IMG/VR virus record: IMGVR_UViG_3300027736_000002
Location: 1 to 54,919 of that record
DNA: 54,919 nucleotides
From: a virus
Taxonomy: Duplodnaviria; Caudoviricetes
Strand: one strand, 5' to 3'
This document shows positions 20,068 to 28,653 of this stretch, piece after piece (within the stretch, counting starts at the first letter, position 1; each line of letters begins with the position of its first letter). The position numbers were made by a program, and so were the translations under genes. The notes below the pieces were generated by a model. The model had not been told where the DNA came from and made no database searches. It saw only the letters and a list, made by a program, of their open reading frames with translations.

Positions 20068-22091
20068 TGGGCGATAAAGTTTCAAATCTGACTCTGTCTG
20101 ATCTTGTGTTAGGGAAGAGGTCAGTTGACCCCTACCTCAACACTGCTCGTGCGGTGTTAGGTCAAGGCGTTGGCATGGGTTGGGGTGATGAAGCTGAGGC
20201 TTGGTTGCGGTCAAAGTTGGGCAGTGAGTCTTACGAGACTTTGTTGCCGCAAATACGCAGCGAGTACGGCCAATATGCTAAGCAGTATCCCATCACCCAA
20301 GGGGTGTCTGAGTTCGTTGGCGGCGCTGCCCCAGGTGTAGCTATGATGTTTGTGCCAGGCATGCAACCGGCAGGTTTAATGCGGCTAGGGGCACTAGGTG
20401 CAGCAACCGGGGCCGTATCGGGTGCAGGCTCGGCAACTGAGGACAACCGCGCAAGCGGAGCAGGCGCTGGTGCTTTAATTGGCGGTGGGCTAGGTGTTAG
20501 CCTACCATTAGCTCTACGAGCTGCTGGCGGTGCTGGTAAGTGGCTCAGAGAGCGTTTGTTCTCAACTCCGAAAGTTGTCCAAGACCGAGCGCTAGAAAAA
20601 ATAAATGAGGCTATGCGTGACGCCAAGGTTACTCCCCGGGACGTTCAAGTAAAAATGGCACAAGACAGAGCGATGGGCGTTCCGTCGGTCATGGCCAATG
20701 CAAACCCTGCGCTTAGGGATCTGGCTGAAGCAGTTGCTCAACGCACAGGGCCGGGGAGCCACGCAATTGAAAACGCACTAACAACCCAAAAACTTGGCGC
20801 ACGCGAACGAATTCAGGCACAAACAAAAGCGGCGCTAAAGCCGGTCGAATATTACAACATGGAAGACAGTCTGACTGCACAGCTAAGAAATAATGCAAAA
20901 GGTCTGTACGAAAGAGCATACGCGCACGGTGACGTTGATGACCCCAGGATTGTTGAGGTACTTAAAAACCCGCAATTCAAAGCGTTCTTTGACAAGGCTC
21001 GGTCCATAGCTGACACAGAGGCCCAGACAGCAAAGCTCAAAGGTGAAGATCCACTTAAGTTTGCATTGCCTGAGATCTATAAACCGTCCGGCCGGTTTGA
21101 TGCTAGTGGTGCTGAAATTTTAGACCTAGTCAAGTTGCCAGATGTACGGACGCTGGACTACATCAAGCGTGGGATTGATGCTACGATTGATTCTGGGTTC
21201 CGAGGCAAAGGTATGAGCACAGCAGAAGCCTCGGCACTGAGAGATTTGCGCAAGCAATTTGTCAATGCCATTGATGAAAATGTGCCTGATTACAAACTTG
21301 CTCGAAAAACTTATGCTGGCGATTTGGAGATTTTGGATGCTTTACGGATGGGCAAAGATCAATTCAAGAATCTTGACCATGAGCAAGTCAAGAAGATGGT
21401 TGACGCAATGGGCTCTGGTGAGAAAGATGCTTTTAGAACAGGTGTTGCTCGTAGCATCTATGACACCATCATGGTGCCTTCAAATAATCCAAACACAGCA
21501 CAACGGGTTATTGGTTCCCCAGACATGCAAAAGAAGTTGGCAACGCTGTTTGACAACCCCGCTGAGTTTGACTTATACAAAGCGGCTCTTATGCGTGAGT
21601 CGCAACTGTTTGGAGAATCAAACAAAATTCTTGGCAATTCGGCAACCGCCAGGCGTCAAGAACTTGGTAGGTCTTTGGACGAAGATACCGGGATGATTGA
21701 AAGTGCAGCAAAAGCAGCCACTGGCAACTTTAGCGGGGCATTGAGTAGTCTAGTCATGGGTGCAATCAGGTCTGGCCAGATGTCCAAAGCACGGGCTGAA
21801 AAAATGGCTGAGATGCTGATGGCTAAGGATCCGAATGAAGTAGCTGCCGCTGTGCAAATGATTGAAGCCTATGCGGCCAAGCAAGCACCTAAGCAGTTCA
21901 GGGCCACATTAGGGGAAGCCGGTGCAGTCACCGGTACAAGTACTGCAATTTATCCAGCACCTGCCGCTACAGCATTTGACATCATGTCACCAACCACCGA
22001 CATTGAGCGGGCGTTGCAAGATCGTGATGAAAGTCCAATTCAAGGACCAGACATTGAAGAAGCATTGAAAAACCGCGACAAAACAAAGTAG
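20067..22091 (+). CDS. DNA ejection / internal virion protein
   Basis: 674 aa; GQGVGMGWGDEAEA N-terminus, glycine zipper, helical body, GNSATARR; last gene of the late arm. Confidence 0.65.
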   Translation: MGDKVSNLTLSDLVLGKRSVDPYLNTARAVLGQGVGMGWGDEAEAWLRSKLGSESYETLLPQIRSEYGQYAKQYPITQGVSEFVGGAAPGVAMMFVPGMQPAGLMRLGALGAATGAVSGAGSATEDNRASGAGAGALIGGGLGVSLPLALRAAGGAGKWLRERLFSTPKVVQDRALEKINEAMRDAKVTPRDVQVKMAQDRAMGVPSVMANANPALRDLAEAVAQRTGPGSHAIENALTTQKLGARERIQAQTKAALKPVEYYNMEDSLTAQLRNNAKGLYERAYAHGDVDDPRIVEVLKNPQFKAFFDKARSIADTEAQTAKLKGEDPLKFALPEIYKPSGRFDASGAEILDLVKLPDVRTLDYIKRGIDATIDSGFRGKGMSTAEASALRDLRKQFVNAIDENVPDYKLARKTYAGDLEILDALRMGKDQFKNLDHEQVKKMVDAMGSGEKDAFRTGVARSIYDTIMVPSNNPNTAQRVIGSPDMQKKLATLFDNPAEFDLYKAALMRESQLFGESNKILGNSATARRQELGRSLDEDTGMIESAAKAATGNFSGALSSLVMGAIRSGQMSKARAEKMAEMLMAKDPNEVAAAVQMIEAYAAKQAPKQFRATLGEAGAVTGTSTAIYPAPAATAFDIMSPTTDIERALQDRDESPIQGPDIEEALKNRDKTK

Positions 22092-22116
22092 AATATTGAC
22101 GCAGTTGTCAATCTTT

Positions 22117-22141
22117 AACCCCGCTTCGGCGGGGTTCTTTT
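22117..22141. terminator. Rho-independent terminator between the convergent arms
   Basis: AACCCCGC-TTCG-GCGGGGTT then CTTTT; lies where + and - strand genes converge. Confidence 0.85.
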
Positions 22142-22358
22142 ATGGATGCGGACAATCGTCAGGGATAAATGCTAGGCAATGTACGGCGGTGTACTTGCTT
22201 GTGGTCTTGACCCACCTATCAATGTAGGTGTCAGGCATCAAGGCCAATGACCTGCTCACGGCTGTCGGCGTTAACTTCAGCGCAAGTGCAAGTTCCAGGG
22301 CAGTCATACCATCTGGAGCCTGGGCTAGGGTTTCCCTAATTTTTTCTGAAATTACCAC
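22140..22358 (-). CDS. Small HTH-like protein
   Basis: PDGMTALELALALKLTPTAVSRSL. Confidence 0.65.
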   Translation of the reverse strand: MVISEKIRETLAQAPDGMTALELALALKLTPTAVSRSLALMPDTYIDRWVKTTSKYTAVHCLAFIPDDCPHP

Positions 22359-22447
22359 GGGGCATCCTCAAAGTTTTCAGGGTTAAACGGGATGGGTTTG
22401 CTTGGCTGCGCCGGAGGCAACTCGGTGGGGAAGGGCCAGTTATCCAT
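22352..22447 (-). CDS. Pro-rich micro-ORF (31 aa)
   Basis: MDNWPFPTELPPAQPSKPIPFNPENFEDAPW*; AAGGAA RBS; fills the gap between neighbours. Confidence 0.5.
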   Translation of the reverse strand: MDNWPFPTELPPAQPSKPIPFNPENFEDAPW

Positions 22448-22685
22448 TGCGTTCCTTCAGCATGGCCTCGATGGCTCGGGCGTTTTTGAGTATTTGATAA
22501 GGATTGACATTTGAGTCTGATGTCCCTATTCGAGGGTCTGCGCTCCAAATTTCGTCGTCCGTCAGCCCTACCCACTCACGCTGTGGTGGGCAAATCCAAC
22601 CCTCACAATTTTCACGTTCGGTAGCCTCACAATGTATGCAAGCACCGTTTGCAAACTCGCAAGGTTTTACTTCTTGTTTGGTCAT
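22440..22685 (-). CDS. Hypothetical protein, WVGLT family
   Basis: Start at ATGA overlap 22685; QREWVGLTDDEI...LKERNG. Confidence 0.65.
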   Translation of the reverse strand: MTKQEVKPCEFANGACIHCEATERENCEGWICPPQREWVGLTDDEIWSADPRIGTSDSNVNPYQILKNARAIEAMLKERNG

Positions 22686-22924
22686 GTGTTGCGCTCTTTT
22701 AAAATGGACTCCGCACTCATTGCGGCTTGAAATTTGGTTAGGCAAGACTGATTGATTGCTGGAATGTCTTCTTCCGTCAGCCCAACCCAAGGCCGCTGAG
22801 CTTTTGTTTGCCAGTAATGCACATCACACAAGTTACCCTGGTCAATATCATCTTTGTATAAATTGAATTGATAGCTACCGCAGTTCCAAGCGCCGCACTT
22901 ATGTTCACATCTTTTTTCAGCCAT
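22682..22924 (-). CDS. Hypothetical protein, WVGLT family
   Basis: Cys-rich N-terminus; QRPWVGLTEEDI...LKERNT. Confidence 0.65.
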   Translation of the reverse strand: MAEKRCEHKCGAWNCGSYQFNLYKDDIDQGNLCDVHYWQTKAQRPWVGLTEEDIPAINQSCLTKFQAAMSAESILKERNT

Positions 22925-23309
22925 TGTTCTTCTCCTTTAACTTGGCTTCCAAGGCTTGTCCAAACATTACTACGTTATTTCGTACTTCGTTATCAGGCGT
23001 TGATAATTTTCCATGAGTTAGGTCATACCAAAGTTGTGCCCAAGTACCTTTAATCTCGTCCTCTGTCAGCCCTACCCACGGGCGCTGTGATGGGGCGTCT
23101 TTGATCTGCGGGTTCATTATTTTTCCATCGCTTACACGCCTTACTTGCCCTGCATTCCAAGCGCGGTAGAACTCTTCTTCAATGCCGTCTTTGTGTCTCA
23201 TTTTTTCTTGCGGTGTTTTTTCCCGCACCAACAACTCCCCGTTCTCTAGCTTGTCGATCAACCTGAAGCCGTGCTTATCAAGCGCGAATTGTATTTCTGC
23301 TATGTTCAT
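22917..23309 (-). CDS. Hypothetical protein, WVGLT family
   Basis: Start MNIAEIQ at 23309; QRPWVGLTEDEI...LKEKNNG. Confidence 0.65.
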   Translation of the reverse strand: MNIAEIQFALDKHGFRLIDKLENGELLVREKTPQEKMRHKDGIEEEFYRAWNAGQVRRVSDGKIMNPQIKDAPSQRPWVGLTEDEIKGTWAQLWYDLTHGKLSTPDNEVRNNVVMFGQALEAKLKEKNNG

Positions 23310-23824
23310 GTGTTGCGCTCCTTCAGTCTTGCCTGCGCCCAAGCTACGCCTTGGTCAAACGCATCGGGCATATCTTCAATCTTGGCCCAATCCTCATCCG
23401 TCAGACCTACCCATGTGCGCTGTGCTGCTTTCCACCCCGCGACAAAGGCAATGGCGTCCAGCCCGTACTCAGCCAAGATGTTCTTGATTAACGGCCATTC
23501 GGAAGGTGCTGCGGGTGGGGCGGTGTAGAGTTTTGTGCCAACAGTCAAGTGCTGGCTAAACTCGCATTTAAATCCGTCATTGTTAACCTCTACCACTTTG
23601 CCAACAGGCTCCTGCTTTGGCAGGGGTGGGGGTTGTTGAACATCGTCAATCTCTCCGCAGTGGTAACACTGCCATGTCCAGCAACCTCTGGCATCGTGAC
23701 AAAAGCGACACGCCACCGGCTCGGCTTGCGGCACTGGTAATGCCTTCGTATCCCCGCAGTCTTTGTAATGACACGCGTCTCCGTCTTGGCAGGGACATCG
23801 TGGGTCTTTTCCTATGCATGTCAT
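23306..23824 (-). CDS. Hypothetical Cys-rich protein, WVGLT family
   Basis: Start MTCIGKDPRCPC at 23824; QEPV, LYTAPP, QRTWVGLTDED...LKERNT. Confidence 0.65.
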   Translation of the reverse strand: MTCIGKDPRCPCQDGDACHYKDCGDTKALPVPQAEPVACRFCHDARGCWTWQCYHCGEIDDVQQPPPLPKQEPVGKVVEVNNDGFKCEFSQHLTVGTKLYTAPPAAPSEWPLIKNILAEYGLDAIAFVAGWKAAQRTWVGLTDEDWAKIEDMPDAFDQGVAWAQARLKERNT

Positions 23825-24150
23825 GTCTTCTCCTTGATGCCGTGGGCGGCTTTGTGCTGCTCGATAACTGCAAATAAATTGTCCATGTTTTGCAAATCTG
23901 CGTCTCCCCAACCCAAGCTGCCGCAAAAACTATCCAACGAGTTTGCAGCAGCCTCCAAAACCTCCAGCGGCACAAGCACATCATCCGTCAGCGGCTTGCG
24001 CTGCACTGGCTGTGCCAAGGCTGCTTGGATGGAGGTGATGGCGTCAAGGATGTATTCAGGCGCTCCGTCTTCATCATGCTCACGATAAATGTCGCGCTCA
24101 GTTTCCAACGCCTTTAGCGCCTGTTGCGCGGCTTGTCGTAGTGTGGTCAT
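23821..24150 (-). CDS. Hypothetical protein related to the WVGLT family
   Basis: MTTLRQAAQQALKALE...QRKPLTDD...AAHGIKEKT. Confidence 0.65.
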   Translation of the reverse strand: MTTLRQAAQQALKALETERDIYREHDEDGAPEYILDAITSIQAALAQPVQRKPLTDDVLVPLEVLEAAANSLDSFCGSLGWGDADLQNMDNLFAVIEQHKAAHGIKEKT

Positions 24151-24314
24151 CACGCATCCCTCCACTGCCAGCCAAGCAACTGCTCGGTGTTTTTGATTTG
24201 CTCCTCCGACGGCTTGTGATACATTGCAAAGGATGTGTTTAGCAATCCCTCTTTGTACAGCACCCAAAAGCCCACAGGTGAGGGCGGTAAAATAAATTTG
24301 CCGTCATCAATCAT
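24150..24314 (-). CDS. Hypothetical protein (54 aa), not in the ORF track
   Basis: AGGAG RBS; MIDDGKFILPPSPVGFWVLY...LLGWQWRDA*. Confidence 0.6.
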   Translation of the reverse strand: MIDDGKFILPPSPVGFWVLYKEGLLNTSFAMYHKPSEEQIKNTEQLLGWQWRDA

Positions 24315-24323
24315 GTCAATCTC

Positions 24324-24647
24324 CTATAATCCAAAATCGGCCAGAAACTCGGCCAAGAATAAATAAAACAGTGGGTAGTCAGGCGGCGACTGTGAGTCAA
24401 AGTACACGGTAAATTCAGTAGCTGCAACCTCTGCAATCTTATTTTCCCAGCGTGTAGAGTAAACGTATTGTTCAGCCATCTCCCGCAGCGCCGTGCTGAC
24501 TGGGCCATAAGCCAAGTGAGCGTCCTCCGGGTGGATGCGGTAGTTAAATTTTGGCACCAAGTGAATACCAGAAACACCGTACCATGTTCCTTCCCACTCT
24601 GATTGCATCCTCGCGCCCCTTGCGGCAGCGTGTAACAGGCGGCTCAT
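24324..24647 (-). CDS. Hypothetical protein
   Basis: 107 aa; AAGGAG RBS and ATGA coupling. Confidence 0.6.
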   Translation of the reverse strand: MSRLLHAAARGARMQSEWEGTWYGVSGIHLVPKFNYRIHPEDAHLAYGPVSTALREMAEQYVYSTRWENKIAEVAATEFTVYFDSQSPPDYPLFYLFLAEFLADFGL

Positions 24648-24880
24648 GTTTGCTCTCCTTCTGCGTTAGCAATGGCTTCACGGGCTACATCGGTCAAACC
24701 GTAACGTGCGCCCATGTCTTTCAACGCCTTCAGCAGTTCCTGATTTACTGCATGGAGTCGGCGCAGTTCGGCGGCGGCGACAAGGTTGGCAAAGGCGAAA
24801 AGGTCATCATCGCCCGAATTATTGCCGTCGATAATTAACCCCGCCTCCCGCGCCATGCGATTGATGTCATCTTTGATCAT
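24644..24880 (-). CDS. Hypothetical protein (DDIxRMAREAG family)
   Basis: MIKDDINRMAREAG...FANLVAA. Confidence 0.65.
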   Translation of the reverse strand: MIKDDINRMAREAGLIIDGNNSGDDDLFAFANLVAAAELRRLHAVNQELLKALKDMGARYGLTDVAREAIANAEGEQT

Positions 24881-25089
24881 GTGCGCTCCTTAAGTTCGGT
24901 AATATAATCCTTAAGTTCGGTAATAAAATCCTTAAGTTCTTGAATTTTTTCCACGTAAGCCTTGCACTTGGCTAATTCGACAAGCTCGGCAAAGCGTTGG
25001 AGATATTTGTATTCACCGAACTCAAACCGATGGCCGTCATCACGGACTCCTGCAACCCGCGCCATCTTGATGATGTCGTCTTGCGTCAT
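24877..25089 (-). CDS. Hypothetical protein (DDIxKMARxAG family)
   Basis: MTQDDIIKMARVAG...LQRFAELV; 21-bp tandem repeat (ELKDxIT) near the C-terminus. Confidence 0.65.
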   Translation of the reverse strand: MTQDDIIKMARVAGVRDDGHRFEFGEYKYLQRFAELVELAKCKAYVEKIQELKDFITELKDYITELKERT

Positions 25090-25307
25090 GGTGTTCCCCT
25101 TGCTTTCAGCATGGCGTCTGCCATTATGTAAGCGTTTTTTGCGTAATATTGATCAGTAGCATCCCTGCCGTCTGGCGTACCTCTCGGGCTTGCAATCAAT
25201 GCTTGCATCGCCTTGGCAGCGAAGTAGTCCTTCAAGGTCATGCCATATGCGTGAGTAATAGGGTCATGGGTGGGGGGAAACGCTGGGCCTCCTGTGTTTG
25301 TTGTCAT
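25086..25307 (-). CDS. Conserved phage hypothetical protein (GGPAFP / GMTLxDYFAAKAMQ family)
   Basis: TGGPAFP...GMTLKDYFAAKAMQA...AYIMADAMLKAR. Confidence 0.8.
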   Translation of the reverse strand: MTTNTGGPAFPPTHDPITHAYGMTLKDYFAAKAMQALIASPRGTPDGRDATDQYYAKNAYIMADAMLKARGTP

Positions 25308-25441
25308 TTCAATATCTCCCGTTCCAGCACTGCAACCGCAGCGTCAATCTGTTCAAACAAATAGTGCGGTAATGATGTAGTCGTTGCGCCTTCGATTGCC
25401 GACAACAGCTTGAGTAGTTGAAGTAATTCTGGCTTGGTCAT
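25304..25441 (-). CDS. Hypothetical protein (45 aa), not in the ORF track
   Basis: MTKPELLQLLKLLSAIE...VLEREILK*; ATGA overlaps at both ends. Confidence 0.6.
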   Translation of the reverse strand: MTKPELLQLLKLLSAIEGATTTSLPHYLFEQIDAAVAVLEREILK

Positions 25442-25563
25442 AGCATCCCCCAGACAAACCCAGCTATGCCAGCCAAAAATGTAATTGTCATCAGCACTAA
25501 AAAGATTATTGTTACCCAGTGCATGATTTCATCGATCATGTTGTAGTCATCGTCATCGTTCAT
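25438..25563 (-). CDS. Small membrane protein (41 aa)
   Basis: MNDDDDYNMIDEIMHWVTIIFLVL...; ATGA overlaps. Confidence 0.55.
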   Translation of the reverse strand: MNDDDDYNMIDEIMHWVTIIFLVLMTITFLAGIAGFVWGML

Positions 25564-25772
25564 AGTTGCACCTTTCTTGTCTTGAGTCCGCGATGTGTGT
25601 AGCACTGCACCGACCCATCCTCTAGCATCTTCCAGGCGGCATTCTCGCCGCACATTTTTTGAATTAGCTCCTCTGCCGTATCTATCCGTGCCTCGTGTTC
25701 GCTGGGGCCGTCTAGCAAGTATGCTGCCGACAAGACCGAGGCTACTAAGGCTGCTGCAATCCAGTTTAGCAT
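25560..25772 (-). CDS. Small protein with N-terminal signal/TM segment
   Basis: MLNWIAAALVASVLSAAYLLDGP...CGENAAW...VQC. Confidence 0.65.
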   Translation of the reverse strand: MLNWIAAALVASVLSAAYLLDGPSEHEARIDTAEELIQKMCGENAAWKMLEDGSVQCYTHRGLKTRKVQL

Positions 25773-25918
25773 TCTCCTTCTCCTTTACACTTATGGCAAA
25801 TAGTGCCATCAAACTGACCTTCTCCTGAACCGGAGCAGGCTGGACAGATGCCTTCTTCTAAAACTTCTGGGCCATCGTCAGCCATATAGGCTGCTAGATC
25901 TTCTTCGTAGTCAATCAT
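25766..25918 (-). CDS. Small DnaJ-type zinc-finger protein (50 aa), not in the ORF track
   Basis: MIDYEEDL...CPACSGSGEG...CHKCKGEGEC*. Confidence 0.7.
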   Translation of the reverse strand: MIDYEEDLAAYMADDGPEVLEEGICPACSGSGEGQFDGTICHKCKGEGEC

Positions 25919-26378
25919 TATTAGCTCCAAAGAACTTCTGTAGCTGCTTGTACAGGGTGTGCGCTTCGGAAAGGGTCATCTTTTCGATGTCGATGGTGGC
26001 TGGTTGTGGAGTTGACTGCTCCAACAACTTAGCATTAACAAGATAAGGGTTGGCGGCACGCTCAACCTTTGTGGTGGGCAAAGCCCGCAATAGTTCATAC
26101 TCTTGCCCGACAGCGGCCCATTGCGCAACGAGGCGTTTAATGCTAGTGCCGCGCGGTCCTTTTATCCGGGTCAGTTCATGCCTGGCAAGGGCAACCATGC
26201 CACGTGAGTACATTGAGTTTATTGCTGAGCTGACATTGCCACGCGGCACATGCAGCATACTTGCAAGGCAGGCTGCGGAGCGCGGCAACTTGGAGTCGTG
26301 CAACAGCTGCCAAATACGCTGCGTGAGGGGCGGAAGTTTTACACCGGCTTGAGCTAGCGCAGACGAGATTTGATTCAT
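25911..26378 (-). CDS. Winged-helix DNA-binding protein
   Basis: QRIWQLLHD...LASMLHVPRGNVSSAINSMYSRGMV; first gene behind a repeated promoter. Confidence 0.65.
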   Translation of the reverse strand: MNQISSALAQAGVKLPPLTQRIWQLLHDSKLPRSAACLASMLHVPRGNVSSAINSMYSRGMVALARHELTRIKGPRGTSIKRLVAQWAAVGQEYELLRALPTTKVERAANPYLVNAKLLEQSTPQPATIDIEKMTLSEAHTLYKQLQKFFGANND

Positions 26379-26392
26379 AGGTTTTCCTTATA

Positions 26393-26460
26393 ACATTGAG
26401 ACGGCGAGACTGCCGTGAGTGCATTGTACAACACTTTTTTGAGTGCCATACAATTATTTT
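26393..26460 (-). promoter_or_regulatory. Repeated early promoter/leader element, copy 1
   Basis: Minus strand TTGTAT-N19-TACAAT, then ACGGC-N6-GCCGT hairpin, CTCAATGT and RBS. Confidence 0.8.
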
Positions 26461-28235
26461 GTGACCCCAAGGTCATTAAGCATGGCGTGAGCTTTTTTGA
26501 TGTACCAGTCATGGTCAATGTCATCAGGCAAAGAATCCGGCAGAATCATGAGCGGCTTGGCCCCATCGGTTATAGGGACCTTGTTGCCATTCTTTTTGTA
26601 GTGTATGGCCCCTTGCTCATCTTTGGCATAGTACCAACGGACTGCTTTACCTAGATACTCATTGTTCTTGATAGCCCCTCCGGTAACAGCTCTGACCGAG
26701 ATGAACTTACGAATCTCTGTACACTCATGGATTGTGGTCTCTATCGGAATGTCAAGCTGTAAGTAGTCCACAACGGCTTGCGTACAGATCTGAGTTGTCG
26801 GTGTTTTGGACAGGTTTTCATCGGCATAAACACCTTTGACTTTATACCCGCCATTGCGCTTAAGTGCAATGTAGTTGTTGATGTCACGCGAGTAGACCGC
26901 AGAATAAGAGGTCTCTTCAGTGCTAAAGCCAGTTGTTCTTTCCCACCTGGCAACAATGGTCTCCATGGCCGCTTGGTTGCGCTTTTGGCAATAGATGATG
27001 ATGCCATCAGTATTAGCACTCACAACACTAATGCTTTGTTCTTCAAGAGCCTCAATAAGCATTAGCAAGCTGAGTTGCCCAGTCACGGTTGTTTGAATAA
27101 GTAGGTTAGGTCCATAGAGGGCTGACCACCGTGACCCAAATTTGCCAAAGCTCCCGTTGATCGTAACTTTTAAAGCCTCGTTGATGACCTTATTGCCCTC
27201 TCTTTTTGCCTTGATTCTTTTCTCCACAAGGGATCTGTAGACGGTCAAGAAGTCAGGCCCGATATGGTCAGGATAAAGCTTCTGGTTCAGGATGACGCTA
27301 GGATAGTAGCTAGTCACGTCGCGGTCAACAATGATGTGGTTGGCGTCAGCTATGTAGTGAACTTTTTTCTCGCAAGAATGAATCCCGCCAATGCCTAGTT
27401 GGTATGTGCTAGACCCGACCTTGATCTTGAGTTTGCCGACCTCCAATGGTTCAGCAACGTCACCTTTTTCATTGAGTGTGAATGGCCGCGTCTTAAAAAT
27501 GTCTAAGGCATTGCCTAACCCTGGATGCTTAAACGCAACAAACAACGGAGGAACATAGTTGAATGAAAAGTCTTTAGGCAGACTAGGTCGAGAAACCTTC
27601 TCACCCTTGATTGCCTCGATCTGTTTTTTGATGACCGACTCAGCTATTTGAGCATCTGACTTTGACCGTAACTCCAAGCCATACTCTTTGCCCATCTGTT
27701 CACGTAGCTCAATCTGTTCACTGAGCCGGCCGTATAGGTCAATCGTTGTGTCTAAGTCGTTGATGCAGTAGCTACTCAGCAAGTCTCTTTCGTTTCGCTT
27801 GATCGTTGCGTTTGGTTCTATTGGCAAGTCTTGCATGCGTTTACTGTGCAAGCGACCACCATAGATCTTTAAACTTGCCTTCCCAGGTGCAACTTCAATC
27901 AAGTCAATGTGATCGATGTACTGGCATCTTGGCAATGTGTACTTTGATTCTGCATCCCAAGCCCTAAGATCATTGACAATGATGTCATCTGACAGAGCCT
28001 TCAGCTTTTGTGAATCAAAGCCGGCAATGGATCCTTTAAGCAAAAGCAGGTCATAGCGGTTGCCATTGAACGTGATGATTGTGTACTTGGACAAAAGGCT
28101 TTTAAGTGGCTCAACGTCAAAGTCTTCCCAGTCTGAGCGTTCAAAGGTTGCAATCTTGCCATTAGCAACGGACTTGATGGCAATCAAAAAGTAGTTGACA
28201 TAGCATTCAATGTCAAGTACAGCTTTATTCCGCAT
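26454..28235 (-). CDS. DNA polymerase, family B, with 3'-5' exonuclease domain
   Basis: ExoI LDIECY, ExoII FNGNRYD, ExoIII YCINDL; polymerase motifs DVTSYYPS, KVTINGSFGK, ANTDG. Confidence 0.88.
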   Translation of the reverse strand: MRNKAVLDIECYVNYFLIAIKSVANGKIATFERSDWEDFDVEPLKSLLSKYTIITFNGNRYDLLLLKGSIAGFDSQKLKALSDDIIVNDLRAWDAESKYTLPRCQYIDHIDLIEVAPGKASLKIYGGRLHSKRMQDLPIEPNATIKRNERDLLSSYCINDLDTTIDLYGRLSEQIELREQMGKEYGLELRSKSDAQIAESVIKKQIEAIKGEKVSRPSLPKDFSFNYVPPLFVAFKHPGLGNALDIFKTRPFTLNEKGDVAEPLEVGKLKIKVGSSTYQLGIGGIHSCEKKVHYIADANHIIVDRDVTSYYPSVILNQKLYPDHIGPDFLTVYRSLVEKRIKAKREGNKVINEALKVTINGSFGKFGSRWSALYGPNLLIQTTVTGQLSLLMLIEALEEQSISVVSANTDGIIIYCQKRNQAAMETIVARWERTTGFSTEETSYSAVYSRDINNYIALKRNGGYKVKGVYADENLSKTPTTQICTQAVVDYLQLDIPIETTIHECTEIRKFISVRAVTGGAIKNNEYLGKAVRWYYAKDEQGAIHYKKNGNKVPITDGAKPLMILPDSLPDDIDHDWYIKKAHAMLNDLGVTK

Positions 28236-28653
28236 ACTGACTCCATGCACGACCTGCTAAAACCCACAATTCTTTGCCACTGGATGGGTAGTCTTTATCG
28301 GCAACGATGCGCTTTATGCTTGTGCACAATGCTAGTTTGGTGCAGCTTATGCACGGCGCTGTTGTGCAGTACAAAGTGTCGGCTTCATCGACTTGACGCA
28401 GTCTAGCTATTGCGTTTTGTTCAGCATGGGCTGACATGCAAAGATCTAAGCCTGAACCACTAGGCAGTCCGGCTCCTGCACAAGGCACATCAATGCAATG
28501 TTGCGATCCTGGGAAAGACCCGTTGTAGCCGGAAGACAAGATGTATCCGTTGCCAGTTATCACGGCACCGACTTGCCTTCTGGAACAGGTTGCTCTTTTG
28601 GCAAATGCCCTAGCAACTTGCATGTAAGTCTGATCTAGCGTTGGTCTTGTCAT
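28225..28653 (-). CDS. dCMP deaminase
   Basis: ATCSRRQVGAVI, GYNG, HAEQNAI, PCISC zinc-deaminase motifs. Confidence 0.92.
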   Translation of the reverse strand: MTRPTLDQTYMQVARAFAKRATCSRRQVGAVITGNGYILSSGYNGSFPGSQHCIDVPCAGAGLPSGSGLDLCMSAHAEQNAIARLRQVDEADTLYCTTAPCISCTKLALCTSIKRIVADKDYPSSGKELWVLAGRAWSQYAE

